Below the pieces are notes generated by a model. That model did not search any database and was not told the DNA's origin. It saw only the letters and a list, made by a program, of their open reading frames with translations. Positions 29,609-39,806 of a DNA stretch of 64,000 bases are shown one piece after another. Each line of letters starts with the position of its first letter. Within the stretch, counting starts at the first letter, position 1. Both the position numbers and the translations under genes were made by a program. This DNA is from a virus: the IMG/VR virus record IMGVR_UViG_3300045918_000131, positions 30,249-94,248 of that record. One strand, given 5' to 3'.

Positions 29609-30016
29609 TTAATATTTACTAATTTCGCCAGCAAATGCCATACACGATATCAACATTATGAATGCAAATATTATCAATAATATATATTTACTTTCTGATA
29701 CATCTAATACTTCTTCAACATTAATATCTACTTGTATATTGCGTTGAATTGCATTACTAATGAATGGTGGTTCTGATATCAAATGAGTATATTCTGAATA
29801 TAATAAGTCATGTTGTTCGATTAAATCTAAAATTATTTTAGCATGTGCTAATGGAAATCCTTGTCTATCTAAACGATTATTAAATCTAGATTCGCTGTTC
29901 TGTAATATACCTAACATGTACTTTCTACAATCAGAAGACCCCCAAGTCTGATGGATAGTAGCTGAAACATGTGGGTAACGTTTATCAAACTCTACAGGTA
30001 TTATTATATTGACCAT
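29609..30016 (-). CDS. Membrane-anchored protein, paralog of 31840
   Basis: YPHV...WGS..C..Y...RQGFP...HD domain plus C-terminal TM helix; no leader. Confidence 0.65.
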   Translation of the reverse strand: MVNIIIPVEFDKRYPHVSATIHQTWGSSDCRKYMLGILQNSESRFNNRLDRQGFPLAHAKIILDLIEQHDLLYSEYTHLISEPPFISNAIQRNIQVDINVEEVLDVSESKYILLIIFAFIMLISCMAFAGEISKY

Positions 30017-31363
30017 TTATTTCTTAGGATGTAACTGTTTATATTCTAACGTCGTTAGTACAGACCCGTCTTTATTAATGATTATCTCTTCGCTTACCCA
30101 TCTTGCTAGCCTTTTAATTATGCTATCTTCTCTTCTAGCTTCTTGAGCTACAACGTAAGATATTACTTTATTAATATTACGTATAGTTGGTGTTTCTTCT
30201 TGATCGCTAGCATAGTCAGAACACATGCTCTTTAGATATCTTGCTTTAATATCAACGGCGCTAATTAGATCTTTGTACATAACTTCGGCATCTGTGTTAT
30301 ATGTGAAGTACGACTTACCGTCTTCAGCATAACGTTCCCAATCTGTATCTCCATTTGCACTTATATAACCTTCTGAACGTACCCATTCAGAATAACTGTC
30401 GTCGTATGATTCCCATTCAATAACAATGTCATTGATGTAAAAGTCTAGTGCTTTTTCTGCTACTTTATCTAATATTGATTGTAAAAACTCATCATCTGCA
30501 AAAGCTATATAATCTTTAATAGCTGGTTCTCTTTCTGCGAACCAAGGTACTAAGTTACCGAATCTAGTTGATAATAAAGTAACTTCGTTCACTGGGTCGT
30601 CTCGTTCGTCCATAAATTGTCCAGATTCAAAGTGTAGTTGATACTTTTCTTCGTCGTCGTTGGGTTGTTTGGGAATTAAAATATACATTAATCCTTCTCT
30701 GTTATAATGATCAAACATGTTATTACCACTCATTGTGGCTGTACACCAATCAGGAGCACGTTCTTTTGACCTAACTAATTTACTACCATCCCACACTAAG
30801 CGAGCCGCAGTTCTACTTCCTGCAGTATCTTCTGGTACTACAATGACTACTTCTGTGGTTCTTAGAACCACAGAAAATTTACCAGGATCAGCTAATGCAT
30901 CTATTTCTATTAGTGCATCGACATAATTACTATCTGTTGCTATATTTCCAAGTTGACCCATATTAAATCTATTAATGTCTCGATCCGAAACCGGTAATAT
31001 ATTCTTCATCTTCATATTATGGAAAGTAGTTAACCATTCTTTACCACGTGTGGTAATATCTTCAAATTTGACTTGTATGTTGTCTAGAGGAGTTGTATAT
31101 ACTTTAACTAACCATTGAACATATTGTTTATTTTTTGTAGGGTCTACATTCTCTAATGACATTAGAACATCAGCAATTATTCGTTGTTTAGTACCATCTG
31201 TAATTGGCACTGCGTTAGAATTAACCAATTCCCCACGTGCGGTACCTAACCCGGCAGGTAAGAATCTAGATTTATCAAAACGTAACGAGTTCAACAATTT
31301 TTCGCCAAAATTATGTGCTGTTTTAGTCTGGTTATATTCTAATATAAATTCTTTAGCTCTCAT
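30017..31363 (-). CDS. Leader-bearing protein with a PcfJ-like WCT domain
   Basis: MRAKEFILE; DPTKNKQYVQWL; WCTA...MF..YN..G.MYIL; KYQLHFESGQFMDERD. Confidence 0.65.
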   Translation of the reverse strand: MRAKEFILEYNQTKTAHNFGEKLLNSLRFDKSRFLPAGLGTARGELVNSNAVPITDGTKQRIIADVLMSLENVDPTKNKQYVQWLVKVYTTPLDNIQVKFEDITTRGKEWLTTFHNMKMKNILPVSDRDINRFNMGQLGNIATDSNYVDALIEIDALADPGKFSVVLRTTEVVIVVPEDTAGSRTAARLVWDGSKLVRSKERAPDWCTATMSGNNMFDHYNREGLMYILIPKQPNDDEEKYQLHFESGQFMDERDDPVNEVTLLSTRFGNLVPWFAEREPAIKDYIAFADDEFLQSILDKVAEKALDFYINDIVIEWESYDDSYSEWVRSEGYISANGDTDWERYAEDGKSYFTYNTDAEVMYKDLISAVDIKARYLKSMCSDYASDQEETPTIRNINKVISYVVAQEARREDSIIKRLARWVSEEIIINKDGSVLTTLEYKQLHPKK

Positions 31364-31821
31364 TTAACTTCCTTCATAAGTCTCCAATCAGAGAATCTTA
31401 AATTAAGTAATACTAAGAAATTATTCTTTTCCTGTTCAGTATTAAATAATATAGTTCGCTGAGTATTGTCGGTTACTGGTCCTACTAATTCTGGAAATCT
31501 CCGCAACTGACCAGACACTGTATTTTTAACTATTATTTGTCCATTGGAGTCAACCGATATAAGAATATGATCATCTTTAATGTCTGCTATTGATAAAAAC
31601 TTATGTCCTGTGATTCCGGACCACCCTAAAGTAACATAGAAATATGCATTGCTGATAATAGGATCAAGTTGATAATTAACAATAAAAGTCTGAATTTCAT
31701 CACCTTCAACTGTACTTTCAATTATGAGACTGTTTTCTAATAGATATTGATTAAAACCTCGGTTAAATATTAAATTAAATTCGTTAGTAAAGTCTTCGAT
31801 GATAAATTCGTTAGCTCTCAT
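31360..31821 (-). CDS. Leader-bearing protein, family with 27017 and 38949
   Basis: MRANEFIIE; FP...TILF...L.LRFSDW. Confidence 0.65.
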   Translation of the reverse strand: MRANEFIIEDFTNEFNLIFNRGFNQYLLENSLIIESTVEGDEIQTFIVNYQLDPIISNAYFYVTLGWSGITGHKFLSIADIKDDHILISVDSNGQIIVKNTVSGQLRRFPELVGPVTDNTQRTILFNTEQEKNNFLVLLNLRFSDWRLMKEVK

Positions 31822-31839
31822 GCTTAAATCCTAATAATA

Positions 31840-32226
31840 TTAACTATTTATCCAGTGTAAGCTAATTACTTTAACAATTACTATGGATATAAGTACGGTT
31901 ATAATAGCTGCAATCCAAAATAGTAAATTGTCGTGTTGAACTATTGTACGTTTTGGTCTAATACTTAAAAAATAAGGTTCTTCTGGAAGTATACATGTAG
32001 GGAATAAATCGTCGTGTTGATCTATGAGTTGCATGATGAATTTAGCATCCTTCATCGGAAATCCGCTTCTTGCATTTCTAAAGTCAACATCTCTACCTTT
32101 ATCTTGTAACAAGTCTAATAGGTATTGTCTTCCTTCTATTGAACCCCATAATAATTGAAGTTTTGTACCTATGTGTGGGTATTTTTCAAAAAACTCAGTT
32201 TCTTCTAATGTTGTAATATTATACAT
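31840..32226 (-). CDS. Membrane-anchored protein, paralog of 29609
   Basis: YPHI...LWGS...YL..LL...RSGFP...HD plus C-terminal TM helix. Confidence 0.65.
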   Translation of the reverse strand: MYNITTLEETEFFEKYPHIGTKLQLLWGSIEGRQYLLDLLQDKGRDVDFRNARSGFPMKDAKFIMQLIDQHDDLFPTCILPEEPYFLSIRPKRTIVQHDNLLFWIAAIITVLISIVIVKVISLHWINS

Positions 32227-32227
32227 G

Positions 32228-35200
32228 TTAAATCGTTAATACCCAATAACTTCCATCTTTAAATTTAGTATTCTTAATTTCTGTAAATCCTACTTTTCTC
32301 AACATACTTTTACTACCTATATTATTAGCTTCTACGTATGCTTTAATACTAACGAAGTTATGCTCTTTAACTTGTGCTATAATATAAGTTAATAACTCGG
32401 TCCCAAACCCTTCGGATACAGGAGATACATCTATACGATTCAAATACGCCTCTCCTGTATTTTTATTAAAATCGACCATTGCTCCGCCTCGCAATATATT
32501 ACCTCCGCGAGCTTTATGTACCCAATTCTGATGTTTTTCTTGTAAAGTAGCTTCAAAATATGCTCGTATTACCCAATCTCCAGACATTGTAATATCTAAC
32601 CTATCTGTTTTGTTATCTTCGATGATAAATTCGTCACATGCATCAATCTCATTTAATTTGTGTTCGGCCAATGATAGTTCATTGTCCTCCCTATGCTTTT
32701 TAAATTCTGCAATTTTATCAAATATACCAGAATTTCGTAATACCTTAAACGTCACATTTTCCACAGAAAATTCTCCATTTTCATCTAATCCTGATTGGCG
32801 CATCTTCTTTATCTTCGCACGCAATACATCTAAATCAGTCTCGGCAGATTCTGGGTTCTCTTTAATAATAGTGTCAATCTGATTAACAATATCCTCTACT
32901 TTGCTTAATACTGACGCATCATCAACTGTTATTTTATCGTCAAATTTAGGCCTTTTAATCCACTTATCAGTTACTAACGAGTATATTCCAGTTGCCACTA
33001 ATTGACTATCTTTTTTTGCTACATCCTCAGCGTATAACTCTACAGTGTAACCCTTAATGGTAATGTCATGATTACTATTCCATAACGACTTCTTAGCTAT
33101 TAAAAAAGGCTCAAGTAATGTACAATCAGATTCAAGTCTTGATTCAACAATTACATGTAAATCAACATCGCTTTTATCGGTGTAATTAAATGCACAATTA
33201 GATCCTGTAATAATATAATCAACTATTTTTAATTGTTTAATATCTACAAACTCCGAAAATGCATTAGCAATATCGCCTAGTTTTTCTTTAACATCTGCTT
33301 TTAATTCATACCCATCCCATAATTTTGGGTTTAGTTCTTTATGTAGGGATATATTAGGAAGAAGCGATTCTGTTAACTCATCAGGTACACGTTTTAATAT
33401 AAATTGTACTGCTGGTTCGCCAACAGATGATGTAACCTCGGCTGACCGATCAAACACGAAGCCAGGGAAATATTTGACTGCATCTTTTGCAAATCTTGCA
33501 TATAATTTAATTCGGCTCGGATCCTTAGATTTGCCAGTAAAATTCATTGTTCTAAACGGAATCAATTTTCCTGTATATAAATCAGGAATATTCATAACTC
33601 GTAATACTAAATCACGCACTGTAGCAAATACACGGAAAGCGTCGCCGGTATTTTTAACGTCCGAGCTTACTGCTGTAATTTTACCATTTGTATCTCTTGC
33701 AGTAACTAAACCAAATGAAATATTGGCAGTTTTATTACCCAATTGATCTTCTGATTCGACCTTAATAGTAACAGTATAGTCATTACCCGACTCTGTTTTA
33801 AATGTAAATATTTTCTTGCCGATGGGATTAATCTGATTTTTATTATTTAACATTGTGGCAGTATATGGATTATTAGCTAATTCGTTTAACGGCTCAGATA
33901 AATTATCTAACACTTTCCTAGCAATAGGCAATACCGTATTAATATTTGGTATAGTAGTACCATCATAACCAATACTTAGTACCTCTTGCACTGTCATTTG
34001 TACTTCCCTAGCATCGCCTTCGTTTGGTAATTCTGCCAATATGTCACCAATTGTAGATTCATTACCAGTTGCATCTATTATTGTGCCATCTGGTGCTTTA
34101 ACATAAGCATGTATTAACACATTGCATTCTAGATTATAGTCTTCCTCTACTAGTGCATATATTGGATATCCGGTTAATTTATTTAACGCTACTGCAAATA
34201 TAGGACAATCGCCTTCAAAATATTTATGATTTTGGTGACCAAAATCATAAATCGATTCATTAAGGTCATTGACCCCGATATATGCCTTTATTTGTATGTC
34301 TCCACGTACCTTAGCCGCATTAGCTCTATGATAACCATCAATGATCCAATTATTGTTACCATCTATTACAATTGGTGGATATTCTGTAGTGTTTTTAGCA
34401 TAAGCGTGAACTTTTTCTTGTTTAACACAAGAGTGTTGTAATGATAAATTATTTATATCAATAGTGTTTAACACAAAATAGTCAAACGAGTTAATCCACT
34501 CTAAAGTATTAATCGTATCTTTATCGTTGTCTACCAGACCTAAATTATCGGGGCCGGTATGTAGTTTTTGAATTAATTGTTCAATGAAAGTAGGAGATAC
34601 GCTATTGCTATTCTCAATTAATAAGTTATTAGTAACCGAAAATGAAATAGGATCTTCGGTAATATATCTATTTTTACTTAAATCAGAGCTAACATTCTTA
34701 AATTGTAATACACCGGCAGGATCATATATTATACCCCTACTATCAATGCACCAATAATGAGGAATTAAATGCCAAGATTCTGAATACTTTGATTGTTCTA
34801 TCCAATGTTTTCTATCTTTAGAATCGTTGAAATTTAAACCACTTGATCTAAATTCGGTCTTCATATCAGGAGTAAAATCAGATTTATCATGTACCACTGA
34901 ATCTACTCTAAATTCTCCACGTACACGCTTTAAATTAACTCCTTGTTTAGCGGCATAGCTAATAAAATCTAAGCAACAAGGACCGCAATTATCTCTAATA
35001 GAATAAAATTTAATTTCTTTATCAGTGAGTGACGATAAGAAGTTATCTACTAGTGATATATTGGTTGTTAGATCTTCGGTATTGGTTAAATCTTCAACAA
35101 TGTGACTCTGCTTACGTTCTGTTTGAATTTCAGATCTTAATGATTCAACTTTAGAACGTAGTTGTCTTAGATTTAACCCGGTTTGCTTTTCTTGTTTAAA

Positions 35201-35863
35201 CAGTGTAATCATCTGTTTAACTTTTATAGGATCTGCACCAGATTTAATAAATTTAAGTTCTGCGTCTCGATAATCTTCGTTGATATCTAATTTATCCTTT
35301 AATTTAAAACTTTGTTTAAACCATAAATAGATATCAACAGTAGAACAATGTTTATCAAACAATTGCCTTAATAATTGTATAAATTGCACACGATCTTTAT
35401 GTTGTAGATTATCCCAATTACCTGCATCTCGACGTAATTGACGCAATAAAGGTTTACTATAGATTTTTAAATAATCCTCAAGTTGCCAAAAAAATCTCAC
35501 GTCATCAGAATGACTATTATTTGAACTAAAACCGCGTAGATAACGATTAATTTGAAATAATGGAATATTTACATCACTTTCAACTTTAATATCGTGTTTA
35601 AACACGTCTTGATTATTTAATACAGCTAGTAGGTTAGCAAGATCAGTTCCTGCATAATGCATCGCATCATACGTATTGTATTGCATAGTTTGATCTGCAT
35701 ATTTTTTAGCCCAAGAGTTATTTTGCCATCTAATAATTTCAAGCATCATGAATATGAGATATATAATCTCAGCTATCTCAGATGCTGGTCTATTTTTTAG
35801 ATCTGTAGGTCCGAAAAATAGCCGTGCTTCTACTAACTCTTTAATAAAGGGTAACTTTTTCAT
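32228..35863 (-). CDS. 1211-aa polyvalent protein (two papain-like, ParB-like, nucleotidyltransferase and GNAT modules)
   Basis: DNCG..HYW..YDP; PPIVI..IIDGYHRA; GDC..FA..HAYV..IDATG; TGSN..NYT..SDVDLH; GFGTELL..N..S...RKVGF. Confidence 0.8.
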   Translation of the reverse strand: MKKLPFIKELVEARLFFGPTDLKNRPASEIAEIIYLIFMMLEIIRWQNNSWAKKYADQTMQYNTYDAMHYAGTDLANLLAVLNNQDVFKHDIKVESDVNIPLFQINRYLRGFSSNNSHSDDVRFFWQLEDYLKIYSKPLLRQLRRDAGNWDNLQHKDRVQFIQLLRQLFDKHCSTVDIYLWFKQSFKLKDKLDINEDYRDAELKFIKSGADPIKVKQMITLFKQEKQTGLNLRQLRSKVESLRSEIQTERKQSHIVEDLTNTEDLTTNISLVDNFLSSLTDKEIKFYSIRDNCGPCCLDFISYAAKQGVNLKRVRGEFRVDSVVHDKSDFTPDMKTEFRSSGLNFNDSKDRKHWIEQSKYSESWHLIPHYWCIDSRGIIYDPAGVLQFKNVSSDLSKNRYITEDPISFSVTNNLLIENSNSVSPTFIEQLIQKLHTGPDNLGLVDNDKDTINTLEWINSFDYFVLNTIDINNLSLQHSCVKQEKVHAYAKNTTEYPPIVIDGNNNWIIDGYHRANAAKVRGDIQIKAYIGVNDLNESIYDFGHQNHKYFEGDCPIFAVALNKLTGYPIYALVEEDYNLECNVLIHAYVKAPDGTIIDATGNESTIGDILAELPNEGDAREVQMTVQEVLSIGYDGTTIPNINTVLPIARKVLDNLSEPLNELANNPYTATMLNNKNQINPIGKKIFTFKTESGNDYTVTIKVESEDQLGNKTANISFGLVTARDTNGKITAVSSDVKNTGDAFRVFATVRDLVLRVMNIPDLYTGKLIPFRTMNFTGKSKDPSRIKLYARFAKDAVKYFPGFVFDRSAEVTSSVGEPAVQFILKRVPDELTESLLPNISLHKELNPKLWDGYELKADVKEKLGDIANAFSEFVDIKQLKIVDYIITGSNCAFNYTDKSDVDLHVIVESRLESDCTLLEPFLIAKKSLWNSNHDITIKGYTVELYAEDVAKKDSQLVATGIYSLVTDKWIKRPKFDDKITVDDASVLSKVEDIVNQIDTIIKENPESAETDLDVLRAKIKKMRQSGLDENGEFSVENVTFKVLRNSGIFDKIAEFKKHREDNELSLAEHKLNEIDACDEFIIEDNKTDRLDITMSGDWVIRAYFEATLQEKHQNWVHKARGGNILRGGAMVDFNKNTGEAYLNRIDVSPVSEGFGTELLTYIIAQVKEHNFVSIKAYVEANNIGSKSMLRKVGFTEIKNTKFKDGSYWVLTI

Positions 35864-35995
35864 TGATCGATCCGCGTAATGTATTATTTATGCAGATCTT
35901 GAAGACTATCAATTAACTAGGATCTATTCTGTCCGGTTCTATAGTATTAGGTTCTATTGGTTTGGACTTATTATAATATCTTTGATGTCGTTTAA

Positions 35996-36202
35996 CTAAC
36001 TCCTCTTCTCGTTCCGGCGAGAACCTAGTTCCAGGGTCAAAAGATGGACCATCTTTTTAACCCAGTTTAATAATAATTTAGCTTCAAAACCGGCTTTCAT
36101 ATTATTGGCATCCGGTGATTGTGCGAATTTCATTAACGAGATCGGCGTCATGTTTAACTCGGTTATGACTTGTTTATTGAAAATAAATTCATGTGCCCTC
36201 AT
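35996..36202 (-). pseudogene. Truncated leader-bearing gene
   Basis: MRAHEFIF..VITE.NMTP.SL.KFA..AGFEA, then loses coding character. Confidence 0.45.
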
Positions 36203-36521
36203 TTTGTTCAAACCTTTCTAATCTAATAGCTTCCATGGCAGCTAATCCGTCATCAAACATTTTAACTTGTAAATTTGGAGACCCTTTCCACATTAACTTT
36301 GAAAATTCCCAAAGACTTTTAACTAACTCAGGATACTCAAATACTTGTTCTGAACTCCCCATCTCTGATGCATATAGATATATGTGAAAATCGTTATAGT
36401 TTCGAGATTTGGCTTCGCAAATAAATATATCTAATTTTTCTGCACTATTTCTATCTAATTCTTTTATTCGTAGTAACAATACCCATATTTTATTGTCGTC
36501 CTCATGCTTAAACTCTTCCAT
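36189..36521 (-). CDS. Triplicated ~105-aa protein, copy 1
   Basis: IKELDRNS..KLD...RNY..F.IY.YA...FEY.EL...W.GSP.LQ..MFD shared with 37660 and 39446. Confidence 0.75.
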   Translation of the reverse strand: MEEFKHEDDNKIWVLLLRIKELDRNSAEKLDIFICEAKSRNYNDFHIYLYASEMGSSEQVFEYPELVKSLWEFSKLMWKGSPNLQVKMFDDGLAAMEAIRLERFEQNEGT

Positions 36522-36828
36522 GTTTTTCCTTAATTAACTGCGTATATAATTCGTCGCAATTATTTAACAACTGGTTATATTCAGAAATTAGTTCATGTCT
36601 ATCTTTATCACCATCCGACATAGACTTATACCAATTATCAGTTGAACCATACATACGAGTTACTTTAGTAATATCCATAATTAATAGATGCAAGTCCTCA
36701 AGTTGATCTATGCTAGTAATCTGTTTAAATCTATTAATTAAGTTATCAATATGTAATTACGGATGTTTCAGCGTAATTATTAATAGTAAAGTTTCTCTAT
36801 CCTCAAATATAAATTCGGATGCTCTCAT
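36508..36828 (-). pseudogene. Paralog of 37982 with an in-frame TAA at codon 24
   Basis: MRASEFIFEDRETLLLIITLKHP*LHIDNL; the paralog has GAA at the equivalent codon (stop at 36757-36759). Confidence 0.8.
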
Positions 36829-36830
36829 AA

Positions 36831-37673
36831 TTAAACCTTTGTATATGGCATATTTTTATTAATCCAACGTGTAATGTCATCAGGCCATACCATACCTGCT
36901 TTTTTAGCTTCTGCTTCGCGCTCGGCTTTTTCTCTATAAATTATAGCTCCCGGCTTAGCTAATTCAGGGTCGCGTTTACGTGCTCTATAAATATTGATCA
37001 TTGCATCTTTAACTTGTTGTGCTTGTATTGTTTTACCTTGCCAAATTAATGGAATTTGAGTAGCAATAGCACCGTCTAATATAAACGAACGTTGCTCCAT
37101 ATCAAACGCATGTGTGAAATGTTGTGCCAAATTATAACATGCTTTATTAATATTGCCAATAAATTTATCATTATTTGCGCCGTAATCTTTACTATCGGCA
37201 CATATAACAATACCTGTTACATATGATAAGAAGTTAGGAATCTCATCTACCATCAATCGTTCTTCGGATTCAAACCTACTTGACATACCTGTAGTACCAT
37301 TGGCTAAATCTTTAACATTTTGATCATTAATACGCATACTACTATTACCAGTCTTTTTATAATCAGATATATGTTTATCTATACCCGGATAATCTTTACG
37401 TATTTGATCTAAACTTTTGCTTGGTGTATTTACAGCAGGGGCCAATTTACGTCCAAATTCGTGTACTAATTTTTCTTGATCAACCCTAAATCCAATTGGA
37501 CGAGCTACTATATTAGCTGGTATAAAAGTACGTGTAATATCTCTAGTAAATGAGATACCTGGTCTCCTAGCTTTAAGCGTATTTGTCCTAAGTATTTCAA
37601 CAAAGTGTTTATACAATGTGAAGTGATATATTGGCGCTGATTTTGATTCGGTTATAAACTCATTTGCTCTCAT
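36831..37673 (-). CDS. Leader-bearing putative ADP-ribosyltransferase-fold protein
   Basis: MRANEFITE; IYHFT...ISFTRD...ESEER (H-S-E-like pattern). Confidence 0.55.
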   Translation of the reverse strand: MRANEFITESKSAPIYHFTLYKHFVEILRTNTLKARRPGISFTRDITRTFIPANIVARPIGFRVDQEKLVHEFGRKLAPAVNTPSKSLDQIRKDYPGIDKHISDYKKTGNSSMRINDQNVKDLANGTTGMSSRFESEERLMVDEIPNFLSYVTGIVICADSKDYGANNDKFIGNINKACYNLAQHFTHAFDMEQRSFILDGAIATQIPLIWQGKTIQAQQVKDAMINIYRARKRDPELAKPGAIIYREKAEREAEAKKAGMVWPDDITRWINKNMPYTKV

Positions 37674-37989
37674 TTTTATTAGTAAACCTTTCTTTTCGAT
37701 ACCACTCCATCTCTGTCATTCTTTCATCAAACATTGCTATTTGTAGATCTAGTGAGCCTTCCCACATTAACTCTGAATATTCCCATATACATCTAACTAA
37801 CTCGAAATATTCAAAGACACGCTCGGCTCCTCCTATCTCAACGGCGTAAAAGTATATAGAGAACTCGTCATAATTGCGAGTTTTAGCTTCCCGTAAGTAT
37901 AAATCTAACTTATCTACACTATTGCGTTCTAGATCTTTAATTTTCAAAAGAATATACCATAAGTCATTTTCTTTATCATAATCAGCCAT
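37660..37989 (-). CDS. Triplicated ~105-aa protein, copy 2
   Basis: High similarity to 36189 and 39446. Confidence 0.75.
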   Translation of the reverse strand: MADYDKENDLWYILLKIKDLERNSVDKLDLYLREAKTRNYDEFSIYFYAVEIGGAERVFEYFELVRCIWEYSELMWEGSLDLQIAMFDERMTEMEWYRKERFTNKNESK

Positions 37990-38296
37990 TTTTATCCTTG
38001 ATCAGCTGTTTATACAATTTGGTACATTCAACTAATAGTTGTCTATATTCTTGAAGTAAAGCAAATTGATCAGGATCTGTAGTCAACATCGTTTTATACC
38101 AATTATCAGTTGAACCATACATACGAGTTACTTTAGTAATATCCATAATTAGTCCATGTAACTCTTCTAATTGATTAGAACTTGTTATTTCTTTAAACCT
38201 ATTAGTTAAGTTATCAATATGTAATTCCGGATGTTTCAGCGTAATTATTAATAGTAAAGTTTCTCTATCCTCAAATATGAACTCGTATGCTCTCAT
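37982..38296 (-). CDS. Leader-bearing helical protein, partner of 37660
   Basis: MRAYEFIFE; long nucleotide identity with 36508-36828. Confidence 0.75.
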   Translation of the reverse strand: MRAYEFIFEDRETLLLIITLKHPELHIDNLTNRFKEITSSNQLEELHGLIMDITKVTRMYGSTDNWYKTMLTTDPDQFALLQEYRQLLVECTKLYKQLIKDKNG

Positions 38297-38952
38297 TTGT
38301 ATACATTACCGATGTAATTAACCCAATCCTCGCTAACTATGTATACTTGATTACAATTAACCATTATTTCGTTATTAGAAGCTATTGCTTGCTTTAACCC
38401 AGTATTTTGAACGTACTTATTATTATTCATTAACAAATTTAACTTGCCTTGTGTTAAGTCGCTAGTATCTACATCAGACTCTAGGTAAGAGAATAAATCT
38501 TCAATTTCACTAGACCAACAATAATTAAAATTACCAACCGGAATCATAATGACGGTAGATCCGTTGTCATGATTCCCCCAACCAGTAGCATATTGATTTG
38601 CAGTGAAACGCGATCCTGTACAAAATATTGATTGACTTCGGTAAGCAATACCTGTTTTCCTCACAAACCAATCATTTAACATTTCATGTATATAATGCCT
38701 AGTGTCACGAGGCATACGAGTCAAATCTACATTAATTAATTTAATAGGTTCTTCTTCCTCGTCCCAGTTAAAATCGGCCGCACCACGCCACAATGGGTTA
38801 ATAACTAGAGCTTGTTGTAATCCTCCTATCATATCCAAATACGGAGCACAATCTCGACGTAAGATAGTAACTACCTTTTCTGCAAGTTCTTGTTCTTGTC
38901 GTGCCGGATTAGTGTCAATTTCAACAGCTTCTAATAATTCTTTAATTCTCAT
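38293..38952 (-). CDS. Leader-bearing ART-like protein, family copy 1
   Basis: MRIKELLE; LWRG..R.PRDT..FCTGS..YCWS..EIMV. Confidence 0.6.
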   Translation of the reverse strand: MRIKELLEAVEIDTNPARQEQELAEKVVTILRRDCAPYLDMIGGLQQALVINPLWRGAADFNWDEEEEPIKLINVDLTRMPRDTRHYIHEMLNDWFVRKTGIAYRSQSIFCTGSRFTANQYATGWGNHDNGSTVIMIPVGNFNYCWSSEIEDLFSYLESDVDTSDLTQGKLNLLMNNNKYVQNTGLKQAIASNNEIMVNCNQVYIVSEDWVNYIGNVYK

Positions 38953-39446
38953 ATATCCTCATTTCCTAAACAGTGTTCTTTAAAATTCCAATATCCAGAA
39001 AACTTTAATCTCACTAACAACATAAATGCTTCGAGTTGGTCTACTTCTGTGAAAACTGTGGTTATTTTTAAATAGGGGCCATATTTAGTTTCTATTGAAC
39101 TATCGTCAAATCTAGGAATGCAGTATATGTTTTTTCCTTCCTTAAAGATAAAATCGTCTAATCGAAATCCTAAATAAGTTACTGGCTTATCTAAGTATCG
39201 AGCAAATATTGTTAATTCTGCCGCACTCGCAAAGAATTCAATTGCATAATATTTATGTCCTATATCTAACTCATTAGGATCTATAACCTGTACAGTCATA
39301 AAATTCCTAAATTCGTTAAGTTGTATGTTATTTTTATCTTCGTCTAGAAGTTGTTTATCTTTACATATTGATGCTAAATCTTTAAGGGTTTGAAGATGAC
39401 CATAGTATACATTTGGTTTTGGATCTCTGAATTCGTAAAATCTCAT
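38949..39446 (-). CDS. Leader-bearing protein, family with 27017 and 31360
   Basis: MRFYEF; C-terminal LLVRLKFSGYW. Confidence 0.6.
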   Translation of the reverse strand: MRFYEFRDPKPNVYYGHLQTLKDLASICKDKQLLDEDKNNIQLNEFRNFMTVQVIDPNELDIGHKYYAIEFFASAAELTIFARYLDKPVTYLGFRLDDFIFKEGKNIYCIPRFDDSSIETKYGPYLKITTVFTEVDQLEAFMLLVRLKFSGYWNFKEHCLGNEDI

Positions 39447-39757
39447 TATACAAACCTTTCTTTACGGTACCAATCCATTCCAGTTATCATCTCATCAAAC
39501 ATCTTTAACTGCAACTCGGGAGAACCAACCCATAATAGCTTAGTATATTCCCAATAACAGTTAATTAATTCCGGATATTCAAATATCCGTTCAGCAAATC
39601 CAATATTAAAAGCATAAAAATAAATAGAGAAATTATCATAGTTACGATTTTTGGCTTTCCAAATATACAAGTCTAATTTATCTACGCTATTACGATCCAA
39701 TTCTTTAATTTTTCCGAGAATTAGCCATAAATTGTTTTCTTCATTAAGTTCGATCAT
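39446..39757 (-). CDS. Triplicated ~105-aa protein, copy 3
   Basis: High similarity to 36189 and 37660. Confidence 0.75.
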   Translation of the reverse strand: MIELNEENNLWLILGKIKELDRNSVDKLDLYIWKAKNRNYDNFSIYFYAFNIGFAERIFEYPELINCYWEYTKLLWVGSPELQLKMFDEMITGMDWYRKERFV

Positions 39758-39806
39758 GTTTTACCTTAACCAGGCGTTTATATAGCTCGAGCGAATTAAT
39801 CAACAT
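39744..39806 (-). pseudogene. 3' remnant of the 37982-type partner gene
   Basis: MLINSLELYKRLVKVKHDRT aligns with the C-termini LLNNCDELYTQLIKEKHGRV and LLVECTKLYKQLIKDKNG. Confidence 0.6.

Noticed and set aside
36508-38296. Diversity-generating retroelement TR/VR pair
   Set aside because: Differences between the duplicated genes are not adenine-specific, and no reverse transcriptase is seen
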